A stretch of DNA of 64,000 nt from Octopus vulgaris (taxonomy: Eukaryota): assembly GCA_951406725.2 (NCBI GenBank), contig OX597816.1:127968001-128032000 (forward strand). The letters are read 5' to 3'. Positions within the stretch are counted from its first letter, which is position 1. The number at the start of each line of letters is the position of its first letter. Under the pieces are notes generated by a model, which was not told the origin of the DNA, searched no databases, and saw only the letters and a program-made list of their open reading frames with translations. Both the position numbers and the translations under genes were made by a program. Of this stretch, positions 1 to 13,680 are shown one piece after another.

Positions 1-563
1 TTTGAATTGGTTGAAAAAGGGACTGGCTTAGCAAAGCACAATGATCAGCTATTTTCAATGAATAAAAATGGTAGTAATCCAATTATAGATATATTATTGC
101 ATCAGAATTCTGATCATAGTTTTGCAGTGAGAACCCTGAATGTAACTGTAAAAATAAATAAAGAAAGAAGAACTGAAATTTTATTAGGTATTATTTATTG
201 TTGCTGTTACTTAAGCTTTGAAACCTAGCACTTTCATTCGTTGCTATCATCAGCATCACCATCATATTTCATGTTCATTTTTCAACACTGGCCCGGGTTG
301 TGTATATTTGCAAAATATTCTTGCAAAATAGCTGCCTTTCACAAGGATCAATCTCAAATGCTTGCAACCCTTTCATGTTCTGATGCTCACTTTTTCAATA
401 TATTTTTCATGTTTTGAACTGCTATTTTTCAAAATAAAAACTATAATCAGCCATTAAAACCATTGTAGACACAAATTTAGTTACCCAAAATGTACTTCAC
501 CAAAGAATTTGACATTGCTACGCGAATAAATATTTACACAAGAATTTTCAAAGATTTAAATCA

Positions 564-1000
564 GGTGCAGGTATGGCTTTGTGTTTAAAATGTTGCTTCC
601 TTCTAATCATGTGGTTTTAGATTCAATCCCAATGCATTACACCTTCGGCAAGAGTCTTCTAATAGAATCAACCAATACATACATGTATATATATCTGTAT
701 ATATTTATATGTATGTGTGAGTTAGTGTCACTATTTGACATCATGCCATAGATGTAAATGAGTGCAACTATTATACAAATGGCATCATTTGTTTCCTGTC
801 TTCTATGAAAATATGTCCTGTCATGGGTAAATGTTACCTTGTATGGAAACAAGGGTTGGTGACAGGAAGGGCATCTGGCCTCAACAAATTCCCTCTGACT
901 CATGCAAGCATGGAAAAGTGGACATTAAAACAGTGATGGTGATGATGACTGTGGTGGTGGTCGTGGCGGCAGCGGTGACAACGATGACGACAACGACAAT
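564..1000 (+). mobile_element. Old SINE: family-A-like head with family-C-like tail
   Basis: GGTGCAGGTATGGCT...TTCAATCCC...CACCTTCGGCAAG head; GGAAGGGCATCTGGCC...CATGCAAGCATGGAAAAGTGGACATTAAA tail with trinucleotide repeats. Similar copies at ~8128-8530 and ~58313-58693. Confidence 0.7.
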
Positions 1001-1562
1001 GAAAATACCCATATTCAGTTCTTTATGAAACTCTCCTTGTTGTGTATTGTGACCATTTACCAAACACTTCCAACTTAAGCCACATTCCACAAAGGCCCCA
1101 TAAAAGTATCACCGGTAATACTAAGACTTGCACATCTCTATTCACCTTCAAATTTCAAACACACAGCGTCACATAGTACAATCTCAAACTACCAACCTGG
1201 CTTCATCATCTAAATTCTTTAGTCACCAATACCATTAGATGCTCACGCACTGCAACATCAGCCAATAAAGTATTTCATCTTCAAATAATGCACCTCAGAA
1301 TCATTTTTTTCGATTTCATCTTATCTGATATCTTAACCAATCATTCAAATGTTCCCACTCTCTGTTTAGGGAGACAACAGTTGAAACTAATTATTATTTA
1401 TAAGGTATTACATATACATTGTAATTTCCCAAGAGCTGCATTCCTCATCTGAAGCTACAATTCAGGATACAGTAACTGAACAAATAATGAACACAGTTTA
1501 ATGAAATAGCCTATAGTTGAAGCTGAGTTGAACCAGTAGGTAATTTTTGATATTTATTGATT

Positions 1563-1780
1563 CCCTTTTGATACCAACCTACCTGAGACTGTCCTGAATC
1601 TGTAATGCAAAAGAATAAAAGCTTACTGTTTTAAAGAAATCTAAATCAAAAGTAACCCTCTAAATGTTCCAAACGCTAGTCTAATATTGACTACATAAGT
1701 TTGTTAAATTCTTCAGGATTTTTCAAACAGTAAATCAAGCAAAGGTAGTGTATTTCAGTAGAAATATAGTAAAATGTTTA
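1563..1780. mobile_element. Older diverged relative of the piggyBac-type MITE
   Basis: Begins CCCTTTTGATACCAACC and is patchily collinear with 50491-50710; right end eroded. Confidence 0.5.
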
Positions 1781-2620
1781 AGCTTTCTGCAACTATCATG
1801 GAAGAGTTCAGCCTACAAAGAACTGAAAATAGATGAAATGGTATCACAGTAGTAGTGATAGGCCAAACTGTTTATCTTTAGAGTGTTTCAATGAATTACT
1901 ACAAGCAATAGTTTAAGCAGAACGTTAAGGGTATCAATCTCACTGTGAAGACCAAGTAAATAATTAGTTAAGAAGAATAATCCTTTTTTTGTTTCCTGAT
2001 GGGTTTTTTTCTTTACTTTTATTTTTTTATTGCTTTCAATCATTGAATTACAACTAAGTTCCCACTGCACAGACATACACATATATACATATATGCACAA
2101 GTATACAGATAAGCAAACATGTCTGCAAATATATATGTATGTCTATGAGTGTAAAAAGCAGTTATTCTTCAGAGTATATACAGGAGTTCAACATATTGAG
2201 CGAATGTTGATTGAAACCATGTACAAAAGTGTGATCACATCATTTTGTTGATATGTTTTTTTTGTTAATTTGGTCTTTAAAGTCTTTACTATTGTATTTA
2301 TTAATATTTGCAGATGCACTCACACACACATGCACACAGTGCATGTTCTTATGCATGAATGTGAGTATATGTAAGTGTGTGTGTATGTATGTCTGTGTAT
2401 GCATGTATGTGTGTGTGTGTGTGTGTGTGTGTATTTATAGAGAGAAATGGATAGATAAATAAACATATAATACCTGTATAAAATCAGATAATAGATACTG
2501 TAATATGTGACTATGCTCAGTATTATTTAAACGTTACATCAATCGAAGAAGCACATTGTGACCAGTGGTGTATAACAGCATCTGATAGTCTGATTGATAC
2601 AGTGACACACACACACACAT

Positions 2621-2657
<37 letters not shown>

Positions 2658-3446
2658 ATGTCAGGTAGTGGGGATGACAGGAAGGGCATCAAATTATAGA
2701 AAAATCTACCTCAAGAAATTTCACCTTGCAAGTGTGGAAAAGTGGCCATTTGATGATGATGATGATGATTTTTACACACACTAGATCTAATAGAATTTGC
2801 AATAAAATTTCTAATTTTTTCTGGCCCTTATATTTAATTACCATCTTTGTTAGTGTTTCTTCAGTTATTTCCTTTCTACTTCTAATTCATTTTCCTTTTG
2901 CTGACTGTAATGAAATAGCAAGCTCAAATTAGAGTAGCCTTCAACCTTATTGAAATTTAAAATATTTACAATACCTATATCTTTTTTTAGACTTAAACCT
3001 AACCTTTGGACTCTTAGGTCTAGCAAATTAGAGTAAAACTCTATTCTAAGAAATACAATACCATTCATTTAGATACAGTACATTGTAAATATCTTTTAAT
3101 AAACTGTAAACTGACCCTTGGACATCCATAGAGCAAAAGGTGTAAGGTTATTAAACTATCTACACCTAAATAAATTTCAATGATGAAAAGACATTCAGTT
3201 ATAATGGAGTTGTTTAATTCCAGCCAAAGTACAATACACACCTAAAAATATCATTGCCCACTCCCTCACAGAGTTTGCAAAATATTCACCCTGATACATC
3301 TAACTTTATTTGAACCTTATAAACTTTTTTCTCATCTTCACAGTCATGAACAGCCCATCTAAGAGGGAATCTCAGTGGAGACTGTCAACTTTGATATAAT
3401 ACAAATATTTATAGCTATACCTCTCTGTCTATCTATCTGTCAATCC

Positions 3447-3464
3447 CTCTCTCTCTCTCTCTCT

Positions 3465-3521
<57 letters not shown>

Positions 3522-3545
3522 CATACATATAAATATATATATATA
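3447..3545. repeat. (CT)n(TA)n microsatellite
   Basis: Direct inspection; target site of the adjacent transposon. Confidence 0.95.
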
Positions 3546-4353
3546 CAGGGTGTGGTGAATAAACTGTCGTCTAAATTATGCAAAAATGAAAATAACACTG
3601 ACATCTCATTTTAACAGATGTATTTGCCAAAATTACATACAAATATCTTGAAATACTAAAGAGTAAATTTATTCAATGAAATCGCTATAGGTTTCAACCA
3701 TGGCCTCCAGACAACTTTGGAATCTCCTGCAACTCTTCTGGACAGTCTTCTTGTTTAAGTTGGTGAATGCTACAGTAATCCTTGCCTTCAGTTCATCTTT
3801 GGTGTTGCAAGGAGTTTTGTTGGTCTTTCATGCAACTGTGCCCCACACATAGTAATCAAGGGATTGCAGTCTGGGAAGTTAGGGGTGATGTTGTCACAGA
3901 AATTGTCTGACAGCCATGACTGGTTCTCCTGCTTGTGTGGCATGGTGCAGAGTTCTGTTGCTAGACAGGGTCTTCCAGCAGCCATAATGTAGGCCTCTAC
4001 GTTGAGTCTGAAGCTGTGTGGAAAGATGAATGGGGGCATAATGTCACCATCACAAGTGATCACTCCATTCACCATGATGTTGATTGGATGTTTGATTTTC
4101 ATCGCTCTTAGTACATGTCCTCATATTGACACCCAAACACTTCAAAATGTTTGCATTCAAGCTTCAGGCATGAATGCCAAGCAGTACAGCATGTTTCCAA
4201 ATTTCTGGCAGAATGAATTACATCATAGGGCTGTTATTCTCACAGACGGTGCCCAACCGACCCTATTATACTGTGTAGTCGACAAAATCAAAAACAATGC
4301 GCATGTGCGAAATTGAAAATATAAAAGGGCAAAAATTTACCCATTGTACCCTG
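3546..4353 (-). mobile_element. Internally deleted Tc1/mariner-superfamily transposon (maT/DD37D-like)
   Basis: TA|CAGGGT...ACCCTG|TA ends. Minus-strand remnants KHPINIMVNGVITCDGDIMPPFIF and QSWLSDNFCD...PDCNPL of the DDD domain, frameshifted. Inserted in a TA/TG microsatellite. Confidence 0.8.
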
Positions 4354-4377
4354 TATGTTTCTGTGTGTGTGTGTGTA

Positions 4378-4411
<34 letters not shown>

Positions 4412-4928
4412 GATATATATGCACATGGTTGGCTCACTGGGAACTGCTACTTATAGGGATAGAGAGAGTGTGCTATGTAAGGGGAGGGAATCGCTTGTAT
4501 TTATTTTACATACATATAATATACTTGTATGTATATATATGTGAATGTGTGTGCATTTACATGTACATACATATGCATACTTACACATGCAAATACTTAT
4601 GTGTATTTGTATATATAAGCATTATTTGTGCATGGGAATGAGGACGCTATGTACCACCACCATCATCTTCATATTTATGTCTTTTTCCATGCTGGCATAG
4701 CTTGTACTAGAATTATTGAGGCAGTGTCTTCTCTCCTGCCAACCATTTCCTGTTTTTCAAGTATGGTACATTTTACTTCATTGATCTTGTCATCAAACCA
4801 GACAGAACTGCCCTGCTACAGAATATATTGCTTACGGATCATTTAAACATGACATCACTGTTGCTCCAGCAATGTCATTGCTCTGTTTCACCATAAAGCA
4901 TGCATGTGTGTGTGTGTGTTTATAAAAA

Positions 4929-4969
<41 letters not shown>

Positions 4970-5021
4970 TGCATTACTCCATATCAGTCTGGCATGTAAT
5001 GCACAGCTTTTTTTTTCTGTG

Positions 5022-5058
<37 letters not shown>

Positions 5059-5284
5059 TTGTCGTGTTTGTTTTCGCCATTGTCCTGTATGTTCATTAAC
5101 TATTTCCAGTGGCTTTTTGCCACTGGCACCACCAAAACTGAACAATATTAACATTAAAGGTGCAAAATTATAAGGATCTTTTGGACTTTGATGAAGAATT
5201 TGCTACAAATTTTCTGTTTGTTATGTTTTTGTAAAATTTTCCATTTGTTGTGTTTTTGTTAAATTTTTGAAATATATATATGTA

Positions 5285-5955
5285 TGAGGGGAAGTCAAAA
5301 ATTATCTACACTTTTGCCATAGCGTATCTTTATTATTGTCACACCACCTTCTGTGCATGCATGCTTACAGTTGGTACTATTGTGGTCATGTGATCAAAGT
5401 TTGAGCCTGATTGTGCCATTTCTCTTTCTGGCTTTACAGTGTAAGCATGGCTGCTCTACCAGCAATGTGCACCAAAGAACAACTAAGAGCATTGATTGGA
5501 GAGATGGTAATGGTAAACTGGTTCACCATTACTATCTCTTGAGCCTGCTGAGTGTTTTCATCAGTGGTGGAGGTTGACAGGCATCATGCTCCTTCTTTGT
5601 GCAGCCATTCTAAACTTTTCCAGCCACTTCTAAAGTTTTCCATCTACTCATAGATACTTCTACATGGTAGTGCACTGTTCCTGTATTATGCTAAAAGCCT
5701 CCAACAAATTTCAGCATCTGACACACCTTTTGGCAAGAGAAACTGAATCACTGCCCTTTGTTCTTAGGTGCACATTGCTAGTGGAGCAGCCATGCTTACA
5801 CTGTAAAGCCAGAAGGAAAAGTGGCGTGATCAGACTCAAACTTCGATCATGTGACCAAAATTGCACCAACTATAAGCACGCATGTGCAGAAAGCAGTGTG
5901 ACAATAGTAGAGATATATTATGCCGAAAGTGTGGATAATTTTTTACTTCCCCTTG
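5285..5955. mobile_element. Mariner-derived foldback element with ~200-bp inverted arms
   Basis: 5285-~5483 is an imperfect reverse complement of ~5758-5955 (TGAGGGGAAGTCAAAAATTATC / GATAATTTTTTACTTCCCCTTG). The minus-strand interior reads MAAPLAMCT*EQRAVIQFLLPKGVSDAEICWRLLA*YRNSAL, a mariner N-terminal HTH. Confidence 0.85.
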
Positions 5956-7403
5956 TGTGTGTGTATATATATATTAGTATTAACTGACTTTTGAAATCAT
6001 AATTAATTTAAAATATTTTAATCAAGGGAATGATCCAAATTATATCATTAATCTGTTATTATTACATAAGGAATGTTGCTGATGACGATGATGATGATAC
6101 TCGTGAAGATATTTATCACTAAAATTCTTAAAATTTTAGTGTTCAAGACTTATTCGTAGTCAGTTGAGAATTGCTAAAATTGTTTAAATTCACTAATTAA
6201 TGTGTGACATTCATTAAGCTTGTAACACTTCATAGCTGAACTCCTTGATTATAAGTGTCACCTCTGTTAAAATCTAAAGTGGCTAAGAAGTAAATCTAAT
6301 AACAGAAATTGAAGTGAATTAGAAGAGCAGGTGTGAAGTTTCATGTGTAATAATATGTTCACCTTTTGATCTCCTATTCTGTCTTTCTCCTTTGGATCAT
6401 AGAGGAAATGTGGAGTAAATAATCAATAACAGCTGATTTGTCCCAATTAACTTGCTGTCATTAACTATTGCTGTGCTGTCACTTTAAGAATCACTTCAAA
6501 TATTTAGCCTCTGAGTCCTAAACTAGATTTTATCTTGATAGATATGCTCAACTGTGAACTTGAAATCTAGTTTTAAATTGATGGTCATCTTTTCTATTCT
6601 AGCTCATACATACAAACATACATACTTACATACCATATCTAGTCTATGGTTGAAGTACTGAATTTGAGATCCAGTGGCCAGGTATTGAAGAGCTGCTCTT
6701 CGAAATTATTTGTTGTCCTTTGAATAAATTCATTGTTAATAAAGCAGCTGTCAGTGCATGTGCGCACGTGAGTGTATTTATTCCTAATATCTGACTTGTT
6801 GGAATAAACAAGATTATGATTAAAGAGACTGAGTAATTAAACCCGGCATCTTTAAAAGTGTATATGTGAGGATGCTTAATGATTTTTGATAAAAACAGAT
6901 ATTGGTTCAATAAACAGGAACCCACTAGAGATGATCATATAGTTGTTAGTCATCTCTGGTGAGTATCTGGTTTTTCTAATCGTCCTTTGTTGCTCTTAAC
7001 TGTTAATTCAAACTAACAGCTACTGAATATAAAACAAGTGTCACTTGACTAATATTCTGTCTGCCTACAGTCATTAATGTTACTATTGATAAGATTTGTG
7101 TGACACATTTTCATGTATTTTCAGACATCTAGGACTTCTTCATCCAACTTTTACAATACTAGGGAGTTATTTAACGAGAATTTGGTTGCTAATTCTGATA
7201 CTTGTTTTAATGTAAGGGTTGGCAACTGGAAGAGCATCCAGTCATAGAATATTGCCTCAAAAACTCTCATACAATCTTTACCAGCCTGGTAAAAGCAAAT
7301 TTTATACAACATAGAAACTCTCCTAATGGCTTATTTTTGAAATATTGTTTTCTCTAACAGTAGCTTACAGGCTACCATAATACTTCCTCTAATGGTAACT
7401 TAT

Positions 7404-7765
7404 ATGGCTGAGTGGTAAGAAGCTTACTTCCCAACCTGGTTCCAGGTTCAGTCCCACTGCATGGTACCTTAGGCAAGTGTCTTCAACTGTAGTCTTGGGC
7501 TGACCAAAGCCTTGTGAGTGGATTTGGTCGATGGAAACTGAAAGAAGCATGTGTGAATCTGTCTTTGCCCCAGCACCGCTTGACAACTAGTGTTGGTTTG
7601 CTTAGGTCCCCATAATGTGCAGTTCAGCAAATAGAGACCATTAGAACAAGTACCAAACTTAACAAAAATAAGTACTGGGGGGGTCAACTTATTCAGCTAA
7701 GTAATTCTTCAAGACAGTGCCTCAGCATGGCCACAGTCTCATGACTGAAACAAGTAAAAGAAAAA
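7404..7765 (+). mobile_element. SINE family A
   Basis: ATGGCTGAGTGGTAAGAAGCTT head through ATGACTGAAACAAGTAAAAG tail. Confidence 0.85.
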
Positions 7766-7958
7766 AATATAGTCGCCATAAAATACTTGAGTTTCCACAG
7801 TTTTTTTTTTTTTGTTAGTTTTTACTGTGCATTCTTTTATCTCAAATGAACATTTTCCAAACTGTGATAAATACTTGACATTGTCAGTAGAGAGAGTGAA
7901 AATGGTATCATGTTCTCTGATAAAAGTTAAGTCACATATCCATCACTTTCTAGGTGAC

Positions 7959-8000
<42 letters not shown>

Positions 8001-11000
8001 GATATTAGGGAGTATAACTCCAAACATACAGGGAAAAATTCAATTTAGTATTAAATCAAATTTCACAGTATATATATATATATATATAAATTACTCTGTA
8101 GATCACCTATCATTCTATTCCTTCACATTATGGTTGTGTGGTTAAGATATTTGCAATGCAACTACATGGGTTTTGGGAAGTGGGAATGTACCTGTGAGCA
8201 AGTGTTTTCTTCTATAACTTTGGGTTGACCAATGCTTTGTTAATGAAATTGGTAGACATAGGGTGTGTGTTTGTTGCGAGAGTGTATGTATGCATGCATA
8301 TTTTCCCCATCTGTGTCTTATTGTTTACATTCTTAGGCAATGGTCATTGTTTGCATCAATTGTGAAAATATGTCCAAAAGTTGAGCAGTTTTGTCATGCC
8401 AAAAGATAAACAAGCAATTTACCAAAAAAAACAAAAAAAAACAGTATGGCATCCAGCCATAGTGTGCTGCCTCAACAAGTTTCATGCAACCCATGCTGCA
8501 TGGAAAATGCAAATGTAAAAATAGTGATAATGAGAAGGAAGATCATTTTGATCCATTATATGGTGTGTATACAAGAGTACACACTAACAAGCATGCAAAT
8601 ATGTGTGCACACACACAGACACATAACAGGCTATTTTCAGTTTTCATCTGCCAAATCCAGTTTTTTGGTCTACCTGGAGCTATAATAGAAGATACTTACC
8701 TAAGGTGCCATGCAGCGGAACTGAACCCAAGACCATATGATTGGCAAGCAAGCTTCTTAACCATACAGATATATAGTTCAAATCTCACCAAAGGACCTAT
8801 CTTACTTCTCCTTATGGTTTTTCGAATACTTAATATCCATTACATTAAAACCTAAATATTTTATATGCAAGATAGTTTATGAAACACTAGGCTTTTGTAG
8901 ATTTCATCCCTGTAAATCTTTATATTTTATTTAATCATCCTGTTTTTAATAATATTAGGATAATACCCTACTTTTAATTCATTTTGTCTTTAGAATTCAG
9001 AGTAGTTTTGTTGTTTTCATTGTTGGCATCAGGCATATCAGTTATAACAATACACACACACATGCACGCACGCACGTATGCACACACACGCAACATCCAG
9101 TCATAATAATTAATGCTAGGTTTTTAAGTAAAGAGACTCTTTCTTATTTATATCTAAGAAAATAGCCAGTTACAGAAGGAGTTTGGTTATAGGTAGCAAA
9201 ATTATAGGGTGGACTTTTCAATGTATAATGCTTAGCAGTCTTTTATGCATGATTATTTGACGTCAGCTGTGTCATGTGCACAGATTGTTTATGAATGTAT
9301 TTATGTTTGCGTCAGTGCATTGCATTTCATTTCATCTTATTTGTATATAAGTGTAGAAACTGAGATGCCTATGTCACAAGTAAGCCACCACCAATGATTA
9401 TCTATATATTTTACACACATTCACATGCACACACAAACAAGTGTGGTTTGTGTGTGTGTGTGTAGCTATCTTCCACTCTGTTTCTCCTTCAGTGTATATT
9501 TATTAAAAAAAGTGTTTTTTGAATAAATAGAACCAACAAACGTTGTTGTCATGTACAGTTTATTTTTCATACTGGCATACATTGTTCAGATCTCTCAGCA
9601 TTTCACAGTTTGGTATGGTCCTTTGTCATTAGTCATCCACAACAGGAAAAACTGGCTGTCTTTCTTGTGTATGCCCTATTTTTATGCATAGTTTCTATGG
9701 ATGGATGCCCTTCCAATTACCAATGATTTTACAGAGTGAACTATTGATACACACACACACACATACATACATTTTGCAGAACAGGTAACTCTTCAACTAG
9801 AATATCAGCCTCACTGAATTAATGTATAGCTCATTTCACATTTTAATTTCATCATTCTCTTAAAAGCTTTCCTTGGTCTTTGTATTTAATACTTCCATCC
9901 AGTTTTGCAGTCTGGGCATTTGCTTTTCTTTGCTTGATCTAATTAAGTCATCTGGTTATGGAAGTAATAGTTGTTGTTTTTGTAGTAGATGATATTTTCT
10001 CCACAAACTGATTTTGCTATAAAATTATGGTATTGAACTAAGATACTTCTTAAAATCTCTATTGAGAAGATTGTTCTATTTTGCTTTATCATCTCCTTCT
10101 TTTCAGTTTTGCGTGTCATGTGAGACAACTAAAATTCTTTTATGAAGTTTATTTCTCTCTTTTTTTCTCCTGATTTATATGTTCTACATTACATGTTACA
10201 TTCTCCTTAGTTTATCTTGCTGAAAACAGAAAATCGTTGTTAACTACTTTCATCTACTTAATAGTTTGCTTCTATTTTCTCAATAGTAAACAGCTAGTTT
10301 TCAACCATCATAAACCCAAATGCTTTCCTTCTTAAATATATAAGATTCAAACTTAAACCTTGCAATTGCAATGACAGCCATTAGAATTACCAGTAGTCAA
10401 GTGGAATTAGCTTTCACTAATTCATTATACAAGCTTTTACTTCTGCAGTACTAAGGGGGAAAAAAATAAAAAAGATCTTCATTGGTATTGAATTATAAAA
10501 CATGCATATAGGGAGTTCAACAAGCACTAATCTTTGTCATTAAACAAACAATCCATTTCTGGCTATTATTTTCATGTTAAAATAACTTAAATCAGTCTTT
10601 GTGACAGTTTTTTTGGTTGTTTTACTGCTCAGTGTGTTCCTTTTATTTCCTATTGTATTTATTTTTTATTGGTTATCATTTAGCTCAAAATAGATCAATT
10701 ACACTTCAAGCATTTCTTTTAAGTTTTTTACCATGATTGTAAAATTTTGATTCTTGTGGTCAAATTTTTGAAAGTATACTTTCAGTTAATATTCATATGA
10801 AAAATCTTTATAATTTACAAAAGAAACTTTCTCTTTTAGAATTGAACTAAAACCATCTAGAACTCACGATTGCATTTTTACACATTTTGAAATAGTCTTT
10901 ACTTTAGTAATTTCCAACATGACCTAGAGTAATTTCTCTTATAAAATTCATTCTCATACATGTTGAACCAGAAATTAAAATATGCTAACATACTGATTTA

Positions 11001-11950
11001 GTAATCTAAAAAGAATATAAGCTATAGAAAAAAACCATACAAATTGCATTCAGTTTATAAAATATAACATGTTCTGAGACTTTACAGTGTAATATTCCTT
11101 GGAATATATGTTTATTGCTTATAATACATTACTTATAACACTGAATTAAAATTTTCAAATTTGAAATACACACATATGTGTTATTACTTTCTTGGTGAAT
11201 TTATCATGTACACATTTCAATTGATTCCTGTTTTATCATAAATTTTTCTTTTCTTTTACCTGCAGTCATTGTAACCTTTCCTTATTTCCTTACTCAGATT
11301 AGTTGGTGGGAAAATTTTATATTAAAGTAATTTCATACAGACCTAGATTTACTCGATCACCCATCACCTCTACAATTTAAAGTTTATCTTAAAATTCATT
11401 AGGAATTTAGAATTAGCACATTGGGGACTGTTATTGATTTACTGTTATTTTATTCCATTTAATGTCTTTTGTAATCCTTTATTCTTATGTAGGAGAAAAA
11501 CTGATTTAAATTGCTTCATTTCTGAATATTTAAGAAATGTTTTTAATACCTATCTATAGATGTTAAACTGAATTTATAAGACTAATACTAAATGTTATAT
11601 ACTATGCTAGTGATTTCTGTGTGGCTGACAATGTCAGTTTCCAACTATCTGAAAAACTTGTCAAATTATTATTATTGTGAATTTATTGATCGTAAAAGCT
11701 GAACAAATGTCTGATGCTACTAGATGTTACAGCTGAAAAATGTTGCAGCTAAACAAGAAGCTATAGTTCATTGATGACGTCAGTCATTGGTACCCCTTAT
11801 TTTCCAAACTACCAGCACGCGACAGAATTTGCTTGTTCGTTTTCTCATTCTTTCACTCATTTTCTCTCTCTCTCTTTCTCTCTCTCTCATACACACATGC
11901 ACACTTTCTGTTATTCTCAGGTACTTAGAGTTTTATATATAATGAATTTT

Positions 11951-11984
<34 letters not shown>

Positions 11985-12883
11985 AATATAGACAGACAGA
12001 TAAATAGATGAATATAGCTTTGTGTGTGTGTGTATGTGTGTAGATATGTATATACGCATATACGCATGCATATAATGGTTTGGACCTTATATCCTTATTA
12101 TGGGAATGATAGAGATAAAAAATGTAAATAAAATGCATTTTAAAACCCATAAATATCTTACATAATTAAGAGAGCTAATTACACTTTGAATTTAAAATTC
12201 AAAGATAATTTTAGAATTTATCAAATGCATCTTATATGATAGTTAATGTATCCATAATTATGAAAATTCAGGCAAAATTTTCATTGTACAATGAGTATAT
12301 ATAATTATTTCCAGAAATATATTGGGAGTCATCAAATATGTTTTAACTGTTAAGATGTTATGATTTATCTTTGATAAGGCAGCTACTATTTTGTTAAGAC
12401 AATACTGCTATTGCTTATCATTTTTTTTTTGCTTTGTTTTTTTTTTTTAGCATTAGCTTTTATAATTCCTCCTATTTTTCAAAATACTTTTTTAGGAATA
12501 TTCTCTATATAATGAGGTTTGTGTTAACATATTTCATATCAATGCTACTATTATAGTAATGTATTTATTTTAATATTTTCGTATCATCAGCCTTGATCAT
12601 GATGAGTAGTTGAATTCACATTCATATTTTCTTCATTCCATGATGAGAGCTAATTTATATGAGTCGTCATAATCACCAGCATACAGCATCCTTTTCCATG
12701 CTTGCATGGGTCAGAGAGACTTTACTGAGACACATTTTCTGTCATCAGCTTTTACTTGTTTCTGAGTAAAGTGATATTTCTCATGGTCTGATATATTTTT
12801 CATGGAAGATTGGAAATGAAGAACATGCTCATTTTCAACCATTATGTGGTGTCAAGACAAGAGTACGTATACACACACACACA

Positions 12884-13096
12884 CAGGGTACTGAAAAGTT
12901 CCAGGCTTTATGGGTATCACAAAAGGCCTTGTTGGAGACCAACCTTCTGAGTTCTTTTACAGGGCTTAGTAAAACTGAAGGACTGCTGCAATAAGTGCAT
13001 AAATGTGAGAGGGGAATATGTTGAATAAAATCATAATTGACTGATCTTCCTGTATTTTCTTTTACCTAAAGCCAGGAACTTTGCAGCACACCCTCA
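12884..13096 (+). mobile_element. Short non-autonomous mariner (MITE)
   Basis: TIRs GGGTACTGAAAAGTTCCAGGCTTTA / TAAAGCCAGGAACTTTGCAGCACACCC. Interior retains a transposase C-terminus NKCINVRGEYVE*. Confidence 0.75.
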
Positions 13097-13461
13097 TATA
13101 TGACAGGTCTCTCTCAGTTTCCATCTTCCAATTCCACTCACAATGCTTTGGCCAGCCTAAGGCTGTACTAGAAAACACTTGCCCAAGGTGCTGTGCAATG
13201 GAAGTGAACCCATAACTAAACAGTTAAGAAGTAAATTTCTTAATGACACAGATATACATGTGCATAATGGAAGTGGCAGACTTTCATTATTGCAAGCATG
13301 CCTGGCACCCTGGCATGCAACCAACTGGTCAATGATACGTGGCTTGCAAAGAAGCAACTCTGCTGCTGAGACCAGCAGCCCATGCAAAGTAATGTGAAAG
13401 CTGTCACTTATGTATGTAAATGTATATAAATGTGCATAAGGAATGAAAACTTGATATTTAA

Positions 13462-13680
13462 CCCTTTTGTTACCATATTTCTGTTGAGATGCTCTGTGTT
13501 TCTTTCAAATGATTTTAAATATAACAAAGAATTTAGTAAAATAACTTAGTTATCATTAAGCTAGTGTTATGAACATAAATTGTGACTAAGGTTTGGTGGA
13601 AGATTTTAATTCAAAACTTATGAAAACAAGACTATACTACAGTGCCAGAGGCGGTTTTGGCCGGGTTGGTATCAAAAGAG
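13462..13680. mobile_element. piggyBac-type MITE, ~220 bp
   Basis: TTAA|CCCTTTTGTTACC...GGTATCAAAAGAG|TTAA. Closely similar to 50491-50710 in the opposite orientation. Confidence 0.85.

Noticed and set aside
5105-5215. Hairpins CCAGTGGC/GCCACTGG and TTGATGA-AGAATTTG/CAAATTTT, suggestive of a hammerhead relic
   Set aside because: No GAAA box, stem III or stem I; cannot be supported.
6755-6773. TGCGCACGTG (E-box/NRF1-like) overlapping a cac|gtgagt donor-like site
   Set aside because: Single short motif with no supporting acceptor, ORF or promoter context.
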